Of a stretch of 64,000 bases of DNA, positions 21,388 through 31,827 are shown in pieces. Under the pieces are notes generated by a model, which made no database searches, had not been told where the DNA came from, and worked only from the letters and a program-made list of their open reading frames with translations. The position numbers and the translations under genes were made by a program. This stretch comes from Candidatus Omnitrophota bacterium (GTDB taxonomy: Bacteria > Omnitrophota > Gorgyraeia > Gygaellales > Profunditerraquicolaceae), in contig JAUSED010000003.1 of assembly GCA_030650425.1 (NCBI GenBank), forward strand, positions 263,903 to 327,902, written 5' to 3'. Position 1 is the stretch's first letter; each line of letters opens with the position of its first letter.

Positions 21388-21546
21388 ATGGTAGAGAGAA
21401 GTGAATTTAAAGGTAAACCGGTTTTAATTATTAAAAGGGATGAAAATGACCAGTATCCGTTTTCATTCGGCCTGAATAAGGCCCGTCTCATTTTGGAGAA
21501 CCTTGAAGAGATCAAAAAATTCGTTCAGGAGCAAGAGTCTAAGTAG
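21388..21546 (+). CDS. small hypothetical protein, 52 aa
   Basis: MVERSEFKGKPVLIIKRDENDQYPFSFGLNKARLILENLEEIKKFVQEQESK; AAGGAG RBS 7 nt before ATG 21388. Confidence 0.75.
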   Translation: MVERSEFKGKPVLIIKRDENDQYPFSFGLNKARLILENLEEIKKFVQEQESK

Positions 21547-21606
21547 CAGGGTAAGCGAATAAAGTTGTTGTTTATTTTGGCGCAGTATGTTAATATAGTA
21601 ATAAGG

Positions 21607-21635
21607 TTGACTTAGCGCAGAAAATAGCGTATAAT
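21607..21635 (+). promoter_or_regulatory. sigma70-type promoter of rpsO-pnp
   Basis: TTGACT-N17-TATAAT. Confidence 0.7.
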
Positions 21636-21666
21636 ATTTAACTGAGTATAAAGGGGGTGAATAGGT

Positions 21667-21936
21667 TTGGTTTTGGTTAAAGAGAAAAAAGCGAAAATTA
21701 TCGAAGAATTTAAGGTTAATGCCAGAGATACCGGCTCAGCTGAGGTTCAGATCGCGATTTTAACTGAGAGGATTAATCTATTAGGAGGCCATTTTAAGCT
21801 CCATAAAAAAGATTTCCATTCTCGCCGCGGGCTGCTTTCACTTGTAGGCACACGCCGCAAGCTCCTCAACTATCTCAAGAAGAAAGATACCAAGAAGTAT
21901 GAAGAGGTCTTGGGAAAGCTTTCCTTGAGAAAATAA
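21667..21936 (+). CDS. rpsO: 30S ribosomal protein S15
   Basis: [28 protein letters not shown]; TTG start. Confidence 0.97.
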   Translation: MVLVKEKKAKIIEEFKVNARDTGSAEVQIAILTERINLLGGHFKLHKKDFHSRRGLLSLVGTRRKLLNYLKKKDTKKYEEVLGKLSLRK

Positions 21937-21963
21937 ATCGAGGTTTCATCCTAAAATATCATT

Positions 21964-24051
21964 ATGCAAGAAAATACCTTAAAATTTAAATTTGGCAGGA
22001 ATGACTTAGTCTTGGAAACAGGCAAGGTCGCTAAGCAGGCCAATGGCTCAGTAACGATTAGTTACGGTGGGACCGTGGTTTTGGTTACAGCCTGTATGTC
22101 CCGCGAGGTTAGGGAAGGTAGGGATTTTTTCCCCCTAACCGTAGAATATCAGGAGAAGACTTACGCTGCCGGCCGCATACCCGGAGGGTTTTTCAAGCGA
22201 GAAGGCCGGCCTTCAGAGAGCGAGATTCTTACTGCCCGGCTGATTGATCGTCCGATCAGGCCGCTTTTCCCCAAAGGTTTCTTTAACGATGTGCAGGTGA
22301 TGGCGATTGTTTTATCCAGTGATGGAGAAAACGATCCCGATATCTTAGCCGTAAACGGCGCGTCCGCGGCGTTATGCATTTCGGATATTCCCTTTAACGG
22401 CCCGTTGGTCTGCGCTCGTGTGGCTCGTGTAAATAATGAATTAATCATTAATCCTACCTATACGGAGTGGGAAAATTCGGATTTAGAAGTAGTCATCGCC
22501 GCCAATACTAAAGGCGTGGTTATGCTTGAGTCAAAAGCCAAAGAGGTTTCTGAAGCAGAATATCTTGAGGCGGTAAAATTTGGCTACGAACATCTTAAAG
22601 AGCTTATCCATATGCAGCTTGAATTCGCCAAAAAATACGGTAAGCCTAAAGCAAATATTGAATTCAAGAAGATAGATTCGGCATTAGAGAAGAAAATAGA
22701 AGAATTAGCCGGTTCAAGATTGAACGAAGTTTATAAATTAGGCACAAAAGAAGGGCGCGAAGAGGCCGTGCATTTATTAGCCAAGGAATTAGAAGAAAAA
22801 TTGACTGAGGAGGGATTCTTAGCCGAGGATGTCAAGATGGCGCTTGGCGAAGTAGAAAAAGAGCAGGTAAGGGGTAAAATCGTCTCTGAAAATATGCGCA
22901 TTGACGGCCGCGGTTTTAAAGAGATCCGGCCGATTTCCTGCGAGGTTTCCGTTCTTCCGCGCACCCACGGTTCAGCTTTATTTACCCGCGGCCAAACGCA
23001 GAGTTTAGCGGTTACTACTTTGGGCACTGGCGAAGATGAGCAGATGATCGAGGCATTGGAAGGCGAGAAATCCAAGTCTTTTATGCTGCATTATAGTTTT
23101 CCTCCTTTTAGCGTGGGTGAGACCGGCCCTGTGCGCGGACCGGGCAGGCGCGAAATCGGCCATGGCGCGCTAGCGGAAAAATCTCTGCTTGCGGTCATGC
23201 CTTCCAAAGAAAAATTTCCTTACACAGTCAGGGTAGTCTCCGAAATCCTAGAATCAAATGGTTCATCGAGCATGGCGACAGTCTGCGCCGCAGCCTTATC
23301 GTTGATGGACGCGGGAGTCCCGATTAAGGATACAGTAGCCGGAATCGCCCTTGGTCTGATTAAGGAAGGGGAGAAGGCCTTAATTTTAACGGATATCGCC
23401 GGTTTAGAAGACCACTTTGGAGATATGGATTTTAAAGTAGCCGGCACCAGAAAAGGGGTTACTGCCGTGCAATTAGATTTAAAGATTGACGGTATTGATT
23501 TACCTTTGCTTGAGAAATGCTTAGCTCAAAGCCATGAAGGAAGATTATTTATTTTAGATAAAATGAGTGAGGCGCTCACTGCCCCGCGTCAGGAATTGTC
23601 GGTTTACGCGCCGCGTATTGACGTAGTGAAGATTAATACCGAGAAGATAGGCGAGTTGATCGGGCCGGGTGGTAAGAACATCAAAGCGATTATTGCCGCT
23701 ACCGGAGCCAGTGTTGATATTCAAGACGACGGCACTGTTTTAGTCGGCTCTACCGATGCCGCTAAATCGCAGGCAGCAATCAAAATGATTAAAGCGATTA
23801 CCGATGATGTCGAAGTCGGCCGTATATATATAGCTAAGGTAAAACGAATTATGCCCTTTGGCGCATTCTGTGAAATTGCTCCGCGCAAGGAAGGCCTGGT
23901 GCATGTCTCGGAACTGGCGGATAAATTCGTTAAGTCCGTCGAAGAGGTGGTTAAAATCGGCGATGAAATCAAGGTTAAGGTCATCGGCATAGATGAATTA
24001 GGCAGGATCAATCTGAGCAGGAAACAGGCAGAAGCTTTAGATACTAAGTAA
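21964..24051 (+). CDS. pnp: polyribonucleotide nucleotidyltransferase
   Basis: GGFFKREGRP, RLIDRPIRPLF, RREIGHG, ESNGSSSMA, GDMDFKVAG, KH and S1 domains. Confidence 0.98.
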   Translation: MQENTLKFKFGRNDLVLETGKVAKQANGSVTISYGGTVVLVTACMSREVREGRDFFPLTVEYQEKTYAAGRIPGGFFKREGRPSESEILTARLIDRPIRPLFPKGFFNDVQVMAIVLSSDGENDPDILAVNGASAALCISDIPFNGPLVCARVARVNNELIINPTYTEWENSDLEVVIAANTKGVVMLESKAKEVSEAEYLEAVKFGYEHLKELIHMQLEFAKKYGKPKANIEFKKIDSALEKKIEELAGSRLNEVYKLGTKEGREEAVHLLAKELEEKLTEEGFLAEDVKMALGEVEKEQVRGKIVSENMRIDGRGFKEIRPISCEVSVLPRTHGSALFTRGQTQSLAVTTLGTGEDEQMIEALEGEKSKSFMLHYSFPPFSVGETGPVRGPGRREIGHGALAEKSLLAVMPSKEKFPYTVRVVSEILESNGSSSMATVCAAALSLMDAGVPIKDTVAGIALGLIKEGEKALILTDIAGLEDHFGDMDFKVAGTRKGVTAVQLDLKIDGIDLPLLEKCLAQSHEGRLFILDKMSEALTAPRQELSVYAPRIDVVKINTEKIGELIGPGGKNIKAIIAATGASVDIQDDGTVLVGSTDAAKSQAAIKMIKAITDDVEVGRIYIAKVKRIMPFGAFCEIAPRKEGLVHVSELADKFVKSVEEVVKIGDEIKVKVIGIDELGRINLSRKQAEALDTK

Positions 24052-24052
24052 T

Positions 24053-26209
24053 GTGAGAGAAAGAAGACTCAATGAAATAAAAGGCGTTATCTTGGTTGCC
24101 TTGGGGCTGATGGTTTTAGCCAGCCTCATAAGATTCGAACGTCTTGATTTACCGTTTTACACTTCGTATCCCAATTACCCCCCCAAAAATCTCTTAGGTA
24201 TATTCGGCGCGTATCTTGGCGAGATTATCATCTTCTTATTCGGAAAGCCGACGAGTTTTGTCCTGCCGCTCCTGATCATTTCTTTAGGGGTAAAGTTTTT
24301 CCGCCACCAAAAGCCTTACTTAAGCGCTCCCAGAATACTGGGGATGTTTGTCCTGCTTGTCTCAATCGCCTCTTTTATCGGAATGTTTAATCTGAATAAT
24401 GAATCAGTCAGGTTTTATTATTCGGGATTATTCGGAAGCTTACTCGCTAAATTTATTACTGCCTATTTTAGCCGCCTGGGCAGTTTTATTATTTTTATTA
24501 CCTTCATCTTATTATCTTTGGCGCTTGTTACTGAGATCCTTTTATCTTCTTTATTTAGCGGAGCATTAAATAAGATTAAGGAATTATGCGCCGGTTTTTT
24601 TAAACGCGAGAAGAGAGAAAAGGCAGCTTCGGTTAAGATTAAATCCATCCTTCCTGAAAAGATAGTTCAATCTTTCTCTAAGCCTAAAATAGTTGACGGG
24701 CAGGAATCACTTGTTTCCAAGCCCAAGATCCAGATTAAGGCTAAGCCCGCTGCTTTGGAATTAAAAGTAAAGCCGCAGGAACTTAAAATCGGCGATTATC
24801 ATTTGCCTTCTTTGGACTTGCTTGATTCTCCGCCGCCTTTGGAGGCGCGCCAGATTAAGGGAGATTTGGAAGCCAGCGCCCGCATATTGGAAGAAACGCT
24901 GGAAGATTTCGGCATTTCAGTCAAAGTTACCGATATCGAGCGCGGCCCGGTGATTACCCGCTATGAGCTTGAGCCGGCTCCGGGCGTTAAGGTGAGCCGC
25001 ATAGAAGCCTTGGGTGATGATATTGCCCTGAGTATGAAAGCGCAGTCAGTGAGGATTATCGCGCCTATCCCCGGTAAAGACAGGGTAGGCATTGAAGTTC
25101 CCAATACGCAAAGCACCTTGGTTTTTTTAAAAGAAATACTTGCTTCAGGCGCGTTTCAAGAGGCAGAATCAAAATTGACTCTTCTCTTGGGTAAGGATAT
25201 TGCCGGGAAAACAATCGTTGCCGATCTCGACGATATGCCGCATCTTTTGATTGCCGGAACCACCGGCTCGGGAAAAACAGTATGTATCAATTCTTTAATT
25301 CTTTCGCTTCTTTACAAATGCTCTCCCGCTGATTTAAAATTCGTAATGATTGATCCAAAAATGGTCGAATTGATGCCTTTTGGCGGCCTGCCGCACCTTT
25401 TATGCCCGGTAGTTACCGAAGCAAAGAAAGCAGCCGCGGCGCTTAACTGGGTAGTTAATGAAATGGAGGAGCGTTACCGCCTCTTGGCTAAAGCCGGGAC
25501 AAGAAATATCGGAAGCTACAATGAAAAAGCAGAAAAACTTCCTTATATTGTGGTGGTGGTGGATGAATTTGCCGATCTGATGATTGTTATGCCGGATCAG
25601 ATTGAAACCGCGGTGCAGCGCCTGGCGCAGTTAGCCCGGGCAGTGGGGATCCATCTTATACTGGCTACGCAACGGCCGTCAGTCAATGTGATTACCGGCG
25701 TGATTAAAGCCAATCTTCCGGCGCGTATTTCCTTCAAGGTCGCCTCCAAAGTAGATTCGCGCACGGTCTTGGATATGAACGGCGCGGATAAACTACTCGG
25801 TAAGGGTGATATGCTTTTTCTTAATCCGGGCGCTGAAAAACCTACCCGTATTCAAGGGGCATTAGTGAGCGATAAAGAAATTGACCGAGTGGTAAGTTTT
25901 ATTAAAGAACAGGCCAAACCGGTCTATAATGAAGAGATCGTCAAAGAGCAGCAAAAAAGCGCCTTAAATACCGGAGAGAAAGACGAGTTCTATGATGAAG
26001 CGGTAAAGGTGATTATGGAGAGTAATCAGGCTTCGGTATCGATATTGCAAAGAAGGATGCGCTTAGGTTATACCAGAGCCGCCCGAATTATTGATATGAT
26101 GGAGCTTGACGGGTTAGTCGGCCCTTATGAGGGAAGTAAACCGCGCAGGATTTTAGTTGACCGCGAGGCTTGGCTTAAAGATACTATCGCAGGCTTAGAG
26201 GGTAAATAG
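24053..26209 (+). CDS. ftsK: DNA translocase FtsK/SpoIIIE
   Basis: N-terminal TM segments, PHLLIAGTTGSGKT, ATQRPS, C-terminal gamma domain (GYTRAARIID). Confidence 0.96.
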   Translation: MRERRLNEIKGVILVALGLMVLASLIRFERLDLPFYTSYPNYPPKNLLGIFGAYLGEIIIFLFGKPTSFVLPLLIISLGVKFFRHQKPYLSAPRILGMFVLLVSIASFIGMFNLNNESVRFYYSGLFGSLLAKFITAYFSRLGSFIIFITFILLSLALVTEILLSSLFSGALNKIKELCAGFFKREKREKAASVKIKSILPEKIVQSFSKPKIVDGQESLVSKPKIQIKAKPAALELKVKPQELKIGDYHLPSLDLLDSPPPLEARQIKGDLEASARILEETLEDFGISVKVTDIERGPVITRYELEPAPGVKVSRIEALGDDIALSMKAQSVRIIAPIPGKDRVGIEVPNTQSTLVFLKEILASGAFQEAESKLTLLLGKDIAGKTIVADLDDMPHLLIAGTTGSGKTVCINSLILSLLYKCSPADLKFVMIDPKMVELMPFGGLPHLLCPVVTEAKKAAAALNWVVNEMEERYRLLAKAGTRNIGSYNEKAEKLPYIVVVVDEFADLMIVMPDQIETAVQRLAQLARAVGIHLILATQRPSVNVITGVIKANLPARISFKVASKVDSRTVLDMNGADKLLGKGDMLFLNPGAEKPTRIQGALVSDKEIDRVVSFIKEQAKPVYNEEIVKEQQKSALNTGEKDEFYDEAVKVIMESNQASVSILQRRMRLGYTRAARIIDMMELDGLVGPYEGSKPRRILVDREAWLKDTIAGLEGK

Positions 26210-26211
26210 GA

Positions 26212-27036
26212 ATGAACGCAGAATCTATCGGAGAAAAGCTAAAAAAGATACGCCAGTCAAAAGGCCTGAGCCTGGAAGATGTGCATAAGAAGACTAAGAT
26301 CCACTTAAACATCCTTAAGGCTATAGAAGGGGAGAGCCTCACTAATTTAAGCCCGATTTATTTAAAAGGTTTCCTAAAGATTTACTGTAGATCTTTAGGG
26401 GTTGACTCCAAGGAGTGCGTTCCTGATTACAAAGAGCCTCAGGCGGCATTTTCAGGTTCTAATTCTTTAGAGCCTAAAGATCAACCTTTAAAATCCCCAT
26501 CTTTCTTGGAAAATGTAAGCCTAAAGCTTAGCTTTTGGCAGCCGGGTAAGAAAATTAAGAAGATAATTATACCTATATTCATTATAGCCGTAGTTGGAAT
26601 AATTTTACTGAAACTAGGGCAATTCATCGCTTCCCGGCCGAGAATTTCTCCGGCAGTCGCGCATAACCAACAGGTGAGGCTGCAAGCCAGGCCAAAAGTA
26701 AAGGCACCAAATATCACCCCATCAACGCCCAAGCTCCAAGTTTTCGCAGCCAAACTTCCTAAAGAAACTACCGGCGGGATAAGTTTAGTGATCAGCGCGA
26801 AAGAGAATTGCCTTGTTTTTGTGAAAGTGGATGGCCGGGTTGTCCTGCACAGGGTTTTAGAGAGAGGCAGGTCAGACAGCTGGAAGGCCAAAGAAAGAAT
26901 AGAGCTTTCTTTAGGCAACGCGGCAGCCGTGGAATTAATCGTTAATGGAGAGCGTTTCGCTAACTTAGGCAGAAGGGGCCAACAGCTAAAGAATATTATT
27001 ATCACCGAGAAAGACGGCTTAAGAATTCCCAGATGA
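26212..27036 (+). CDS. rodZ: RodZ-like HTH/TM/DUF4115 protein
   Basis: N-terminal HTH (GEKLKKIR, YLKGFLKIY), one TM, C-terminal LGNAAAVELIVNG; ftsK-rodZ-rimO-pgsA order. Confidence 0.85.
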   Translation: MNAESIGEKLKKIRQSKGLSLEDVHKKTKIHLNILKAIEGESLTNLSPIYLKGFLKIYCRSLGVDSKECVPDYKEPQAAFSGSNSLEPKDQPLKSPSFLENVSLKLSFWQPGKKIKKIIIPIFIIAVVGIILLKLGQFIASRPRISPAVAHNQQVRLQARPKVKAPNITPSTPKLQVFAAKLPKETTGGISLVISAKENCLVFVKVDGRVVLHRVLERGRSDSWKAKERIELSLGNAAAVELIVNGERFANLGRRGQQLKNIIITEKDGLRIPR

Positions 27037-28277
27037 AAGCTAAAATTGGGATATTAAGTTTAGGCTGTCCGAGGAATTTGGTAGATTCGGAAAAGCTCTT
27101 AGGCCGGCTGGATTTAAAAGGGTATTCGGTTGTAGATATAGAAAAGGCCGATGTTGCTTTAATCAACACCTGCGCTTTTATCGAGGAAGCCAAGAAAGAA
27201 TCCATTGCAGCCATCCTGGATTTAGTCGAGCTAAAAAAAGCAGGCAGGTTAAAGAAGATTATTGTTTACGGCTGCCTCGCCCAACGCTACAAAGATGTTT
27301 TAAGAAAAGAGCTTCCTGAAGTCGATGCCTTTATCGGCAAAGTTTCCCTTAATTATAGCTTAAAAAGATTTCCTATTACCCCTAAACACTTCGCTTACTT
27401 AAAAATCTGCGAAGGATGCCTGAATGCTTGTAGTTTTTGCGTAATCCCCAGGATTAAGGGTGAGTTTATAAGCCTTCCCATAAGTTCAATTATTAGCGAG
27501 GTAGAAAAATTTAACCGTGAAAAAATATCCGAGCTGAATATTATCGGGCAGGATATTACCGGCTACGGCCTGGATTTAGGGGGAAAAACAGATTTAGCCT
27601 CTTTGATTTCTCGGATCGTAAAAATAGCCAAAGATATCCATTGGATCCGGTTGCTTTATTTACATCCCGGTAGGATTACCGACGGATTATTAACGGTAAT
27701 TAAGAATGAACCGAAAATCTGTAAGTATATTGATTTACCTGTTCAGCATATCAATGACCGGATGCTTAAGCTGATGAATAGAAAGACTGTTAAAAAAGAG
27801 ATTATGAAAGTTATTGAAAGGATAAGAAAAGCTATTCCGGGAGTAGCCTTACGCACTTCGATTATCGTGGGTTTTCCCGGTGAGACAGATAAAGAGTTTC
27901 AAGAACTGCTTGATTTTGTTAAAGGAACGAGGTTTGAAAGGTTGGGCGCGTTTACTTTTTCGGCGGAAGAGGGAACTCCGGCTTATAGTTTTAATCGGCA
28001 GGTGCCTAAAAAGGTAAAGTCCCAGAGGCTGGATTTGATTATGTCAGCCCAGCAGGAGATAGCTACTGAGTTTAACCGTAAATTTTTAGGAAAATCTCTT
28101 GAAGTTTTGATTGATGAAGAGGATAATGGCACTTACTTAGGCCGCACGCAGTTTGATGCTCCGGAAGTAGACGGTTTGGTTTATATTAAATCTAAGAGGA
28201 AGTTAGAGCCGGGTGATTTTGTCAAAGTAAAAATCAGCGATACTTTAGAATATGATCTTGTCGGGGAGGTAAAATAA
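27033..28277 (+). CDS. rimO: ribosomal protein S12 methylthiotransferase RimO
   Basis: SLGCPRNLVDSE, CEGCLNACSFC, DAPEVDG, TRAM domain. Confidence 0.93.
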   Translation: MKAKIGILSLGCPRNLVDSEKLLGRLDLKGYSVVDIEKADVALINTCAFIEEAKKESIAAILDLVELKKAGRLKKIIVYGCLAQRYKDVLRKELPEVDAFIGKVSLNYSLKRFPITPKHFAYLKICEGCLNACSFCVIPRIKGEFISLPISSIISEVEKFNREKISELNIIGQDITGYGLDLGGKTDLASLISRIVKIAKDIHWIRLLYLHPGRITDGLLTVIKNEPKICKYIDLPVQHINDRMLKLMNRKTVKKEIMKVIERIRKAIPGVALRTSIIVGFPGETDKEFQELLDFVKGTRFERLGAFTFSAEEGTPAYSFNRQVPKKVKSQRLDLIMSAQQEIATEFNRKFLGKSLEVLIDEEDNGTYLGRTQFDAPEVDGLVYIKSKRKLEPGDFVKVKISDTLEYDLVGEVK

Positions 28278-28855
28278 TGAATCTTGCGAACAGGCTTACG
28301 ATGCTTAGGATTTTTCTTACCTTTATCTTTATGATTGTTTTATCATGGCAGGGATTATGGGCGAAAGTCGCGGCGTTAATTATTTTTACTCTTGCCGCTC
28401 TGTCGGACCTTTTTGACGGAATGATCGCGCATAAAAGAAACATGGTCACGGATTTCGGACGGCTGATGGATCCTATCGCCGATAAAATACTGGTTCTAGC
28501 GGCATTTGCCGCTTTTTTGCAATTACAGCTGATTGACGCCTGGATGTTCGTGATTATTGTCTCGCGCGAAATACTGATTACCTCTTTACGTTTATTCGCC
28601 TTAAATAAAGGGAAGGTTCTTTCCGCTGCCCGGGCAGGCAAGCATAAGACGGTTTCCCAGATGGCGGTAATATTTTATATTCTAGGTTTTATTGTGGTGA
28701 AAGAATCAGTTAAGACATTCTCCAGCTGGAACCCTGTCTGGGAAGAGTTCTTCCACAACAGTATAAATATTATGATGCTGCTTACAGTCGGGCTTACGCT
28801 TTATTCCGGCCTCTCTTACCTGTGGGAAAATCGCAAAGTAATTACCAAATTATAA
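28277..28855 (+). CDS. pgsA: CDP-diacylglycerol--glycerol-3-phosphate phosphatidyltransferase
   Basis: NLANRLTMLR, DLFDGMIA, FGRLMDPIADK. Confidence 0.95.
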   Translation: MNLANRLTMLRIFLTFIFMIVLSWQGLWAKVAALIIFTLAALSDLFDGMIAHKRNMVTDFGRLMDPIADKILVLAAFAAFLQLQLIDAWMFVIIVSREILITSLRLFALNKGKVLSAARAGKHKTVSQMAVIFYILGFIVVKESVKTFSSWNPVWEEFFHNSINIMMLLTVGLTLYSGLSYLWENRKVITKL

Positions 28856-29320
28856 ATGTTTAAATCCTTAGTCAGGATGGTCAGCACATTTTTTTATACG
28901 GGATATTTTCCGCTTATCCCGGGCACAGCCGGAAGTCTGGCTGGCATACTCGGATATTTTCTGATAAAAAATAATCTCTTAGTCTATCTTTTTACCCTTA
29001 GTACGTTATTAGTTTTAGGTTTTTTAGTCAGCGGAAGGACGGAAAAGCTGATCGGGAAGAAGGACCCGCCTTGCGTGGTTATCGACGAGGTATGTGGGAT
29101 GCTTTTGGGCCTGCTCTTTGTGCCTTACAATATCAAATTAGTGATTATCGCTTTTTTTATCTTTCGGATATTAGATACGCTTAAGCCGTTTCCCGTGGGT
29201 AGATTAGAAAGATTAAAGGGAAGTTTAGGAATCATGACTGATGATCTTGTCGCGGGTCTTTATACCAATATCATTCTTCAGGCAGTGGTAATGCTTACTT
29301 CACTTTTCCCGCCAAAATAA
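28856..29320 (+). CDS. pgpA: phosphatidylglycerophosphatase A
   Basis: PGTAGS, DPPCVVIDEVCG, FRILDTLKP, DDLVAG. Confidence 0.93.
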   Translation: MFKSLVRMVSTFFYTGYFPLIPGTAGSLAGILGYFLIKNNLLVYLFTLSTLLVLGFLVSGRTEKLIGKKDPPCVVIDEVCGMLLGLLFVPYNIKLVIIAFFIFRILDTLKPFPVGRLERLKGSLGIMTDDLVAGLYTNIILQAVVMLTSLFPPK

Positions 29321-29335
29321 TTTTTCACCTCTTGT

Positions 29336-29803
29336 TTATAAAAATGTTTTTAATAATTGCAGAGCTTTTAAGCTCGCCTGCTTTCTGACAGCGTTACGGT
29401 TACCTTTGAAGATGAATTTTTTACAGGCGTTTTTATTTTTGGAGGAAAGGGCGATGAAGACTGTGCCTACGGGTTTCTGGGGAGTGCCGCCGGTTGGCCC
29501 GGCAATGCCGGTTATGCTGATGCCAAAATCAGCATTAGCCAGCTTTCTCACATTTTGCGCCATGAGCAGGGCGATTTCTCGGGAAACCGCGCCTTTTTTA
29601 CGGATAGTTGAGGCAGGAATGCCTAAAATATCCTCTTTGGCTTGATTGCTATAAGTGGCTAACCCCAGGATAAAATATTTGGAGCTGCCTGAGAATTGCG
29701 TAAGGAGCGAGGAAAGAATCCCGGCAGTGCAGGATTCGGCAGTTCCCAGAGTTTTACCGCTTTTTAACAGGCGCTTATGTAGCTGCATTATAAGGTTTTG
29801 CAT
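29336..29803 (-). CDS. pncC: CinA-family NMN deamidase (PncC)
   Basis: TAESCTAG, TYSNQAK, ITGIAGPTGG, KPVGTV. Confidence 0.9.
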   Translation of the reverse strand: MQNLIMQLHKRLLKSGKTLGTAESCTAGILSSLLTQFSGSSKYFILGLATYSNQAKEDILGIPASTIRKKGAVSREIALLMAQNVRKLANADFGISITGIAGPTGGTPQKPVGTVFIALSSKNKNACKKFIFKGNRNAVRKQASLKALQLLKTFL

Positions 29804-29836
29804 AATTGTATAATAATTATACTCTTTTTGAGGCTA

Positions 29837-29864
29837 TTGACAAGTTAAGATTTTATGTTATACT
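29837..29864 (+). promoter_or_regulatory. promoter of the FMN riboswitch/rib operon
   Basis: TTGACA-N16-TATACT with a TGn extension. Confidence 0.7.
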
Positions 29865-29874
29865 CCTTTATTAG

Positions 29875-30081
29875 ATTAATCTTCAGGGCAGGGTGGAATT
29901 CCCGACCGGCGGTTACGCGCAAGCGCACACCAATTCATCCGATTGAATTGGGTGTTGCGCAGAAGCGCATACCAATCCTTCTTATAGGATTGGGTGTTGA
30001 GCCCGCGAGCTTCGTATATAACGGAGCAGATCTGGTGAAACTCCAGAGCCGATAGTACAGTCTAGATGGAAGGAGATTAAT
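29875..30081 (+). ncRNA. FMN riboswitch (RFN element) with an ~85-nt insertion
   Basis: AGGGCAGGGTGGAATTCCCGACCGGCGGT...AGCCCGCGAGC...GCAGATCTGGTGAAACTCCAGAGCCGATAGTACAGTCTAGATGGAAGGAG; lies upstream of ribBA. Confidence 0.95.
29917..29998. repeat. two tandem ~40-nt hairpin repeats inside the FMN riboswitch
   Basis: GCGC-AAGCGCACACCAATTC..GAATTGGGTGTT followed by GCGCAGAAGCGCATACCAATCC..GGATTGGGTGTT. Confidence 0.8.
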
Positions 30082-30090
30082 AATGCTTAT

Positions 30091-30120
30091 GCCCGAAGAT
30101 TTTTTTCGGGCGATTTTTTT
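30091..30120 (+). terminator. riboswitch intrinsic terminator (expression platform)
   Basis: GCCCGAA...TTCGGGC hairpin followed by a T7 run, before the ribBA RBS. Confidence 0.85.
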
Positions 30121-30129
30121 AGGGAGACT

Positions 30130-31341
30130 ATGTTTAATACTATTTCAGAAATATTAGAAGACTTAAAAAACGGCAAGATGGTGATCGTGGTTGATGATGA
30201 GGACCGCGAGAACGAAGGCGATTTGGTTATGCCCGCTGTTTTTGTTAAGCCGGAGCATATAAATTTTATGGCGAAATTCGGCCGGGGCCTTATTTGCGTG
30301 CCGATGGAAGAAGAAAGGCTTGCGGCCTTAAATTTAGGGCCGATGTTAAGGGATAGGGCTGTTTATAATCAGGAAGACCCATTTGCTACTGCTTGGATGA
30401 TGTCGGTGGATGCGGCGAAAGGCATAACTACCGGTATATCCGCGGCTGACAGGGCTCGAGCAATCGAAATTTTAATCGACCCTCAATCTAAATCCGAAGA
30501 CCTTATTCGTCCCGGGCATATCTTTCCTTTAAGGGCAAGATCTGGGGGGGTATTGGTGCGCGCAGGCCATACCGAAGCAAGCATTGACCTGATGCGTTTA
30601 AGCGGGCTATATCCTGCAGGGGTAATTTGCGAGATAATGAATGACGACGGTTCAATGGCCCGCCTTCCGCAGCTATTGGAATTTTCTAAAAAGCACAAGT
30701 TGAAGATTTGCTCTATTGCTAACCTTATTGAATACCGCCGTCGGCTCGAGAAATTAATCGAAAAGGTAACAGAGACCAATCTTCCTACGGAATTTGGCGA
30801 GTATGGGCTTATTTTATACCGCGACCTGACCAATAACAAGGTGCATATTGCGTTAACCATCGGTAATTGGAAAGATGAACCGGTTCTGGCGCGTGTGCAC
30901 TCAGAGTGTTTGACTGGAGATGTTTTTGGGTCATTACGTTGCGATTGCGGAAGGCAATTGGAAAAAAGCCTGCGCATCATCGCTCAGGAGGGCAAGGGCG
31001 TTATTCTTTACATGAATCAGGAAGGCCGCGGAATAGGTTTAGTCGAGAAAATCAAGGCCTACAGTTTACAAGACCAGGGTTTGGACACGGTTGAGGCGAA
31101 TGAGGCCTTGGGGCATAAGGCAGACTTACGTGATTATGGTATAGGCGCCCAGATATTAGTGGACTTAGGGATAAAGAATATTCGTTTGCTGACCAATAAT
31201 CCGCGTAAGATTGTGGGATTGGAAGGTTATGGTTTACACGTGGTTGAGCGCGTTGCTTTGGAAATCGAGCCGAATCCGGCTAATTACCGTTATCTAAAGA
31301 CAAAGAAGGAAAAACTGGGGCATGATTTAAATTTAGATTAA
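30130..31341 (+). CDS. ribBA: bifunctional DHBP synthase / GTP cyclohydrolase II
   Basis: [44 protein letters not shown]. Confidence 0.97.
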   Translation: MFNTISEILEDLKNGKMVIVVDDEDRENEGDLVMPAVFVKPEHINFMAKFGRGLICVPMEEERLAALNLGPMLRDRAVYNQEDPFATAWMMSVDAAKGITTGISAADRARAIEILIDPQSKSEDLIRPGHIFPLRARSGGVLVRAGHTEASIDLMRLSGLYPAGVICEIMNDDGSMARLPQLLEFSKKHKLKICSIANLIEYRRRLEKLIEKVTETNLPTEFGEYGLILYRDLTNNKVHIALTIGNWKDEPVLARVHSECLTGDVFGSLRCDCGRQLEKSLRIIAQEGKGVILYMNQEGRGIGLVEKIKAYSLQDQGLDTVEANEALGHKADLRDYGIGAQILVDLGIKNIRLLTNNPRKIVGLEGYGLHVVERVALEIEPNPANYRYLKTKKEKLGHDLNLD

Positions 31342-31358
31342 ACTAAAAGGGAGGTAAA

Positions 31359-31826
31359 ATGGTAAAAACAGTTGAAGGAAATTTAATTGCAAAAGGAAAA
31401 AAGTTTAGCATTGTGGCTTCTCGTTTCAATAATTTTATGACTAAGGAATTAGTTTCCGGTTGCGTGGATACTTTAGTCAGGCATGGCGCAAGCGAGGCGG
31501 ATTTAACCTTGATGTGGGTTCCTGGCGCTTTTGAAATCCCTACTGTCGCGCAGAAATTAGCTAAGAGCAAAAGTTCTGACGCCGTAATTTGTTTGGGAAC
31601 GGTTATCCGCGGGGCAACCCCGCACTTTGATTATATTGCCTCTGAGGTAGCCAAAGGTATAGCCAAGGTTTCTCAAGATAGTGGTATTCCGGTTATCTTC
31701 GGCGTGATTACCGCTGATACGATTGAGCAGGCAGTTGAGCGAGCCGGAACCAAGGATGGAAATAAGGGCCGGGACGCCGCTTTATCCGCGATTGAGATGG
31801 TTAATCTTTTAGAAAAAATTAAATAA
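31359..31826 (+). CDS. ribH: 6,7-dimethyl-8-ribityllumazine synthase
   Basis: [25 protein letters not shown]. Confidence 0.97.
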   Translation: MVKTVEGNLIAKGKKFSIVASRFNNFMTKELVSGCVDTLVRHGASEADLTLMWVPGAFEIPTVAQKLAKSKSSDAVICLGTVIRGATPHFDYIASEVAKGIAKVSQDSGIPVIFGVITADTIEQAVERAGTKDGNKGRDAALSAIEMVNLLEKIK

Positions 31827-31827
31827 G

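Noticed and set aside
29855-30055. 66-aa ORF upstream of ribBA
   Set aside because: It overlaps the promoter and the FMN riboswitch, so it is not a credible protein.
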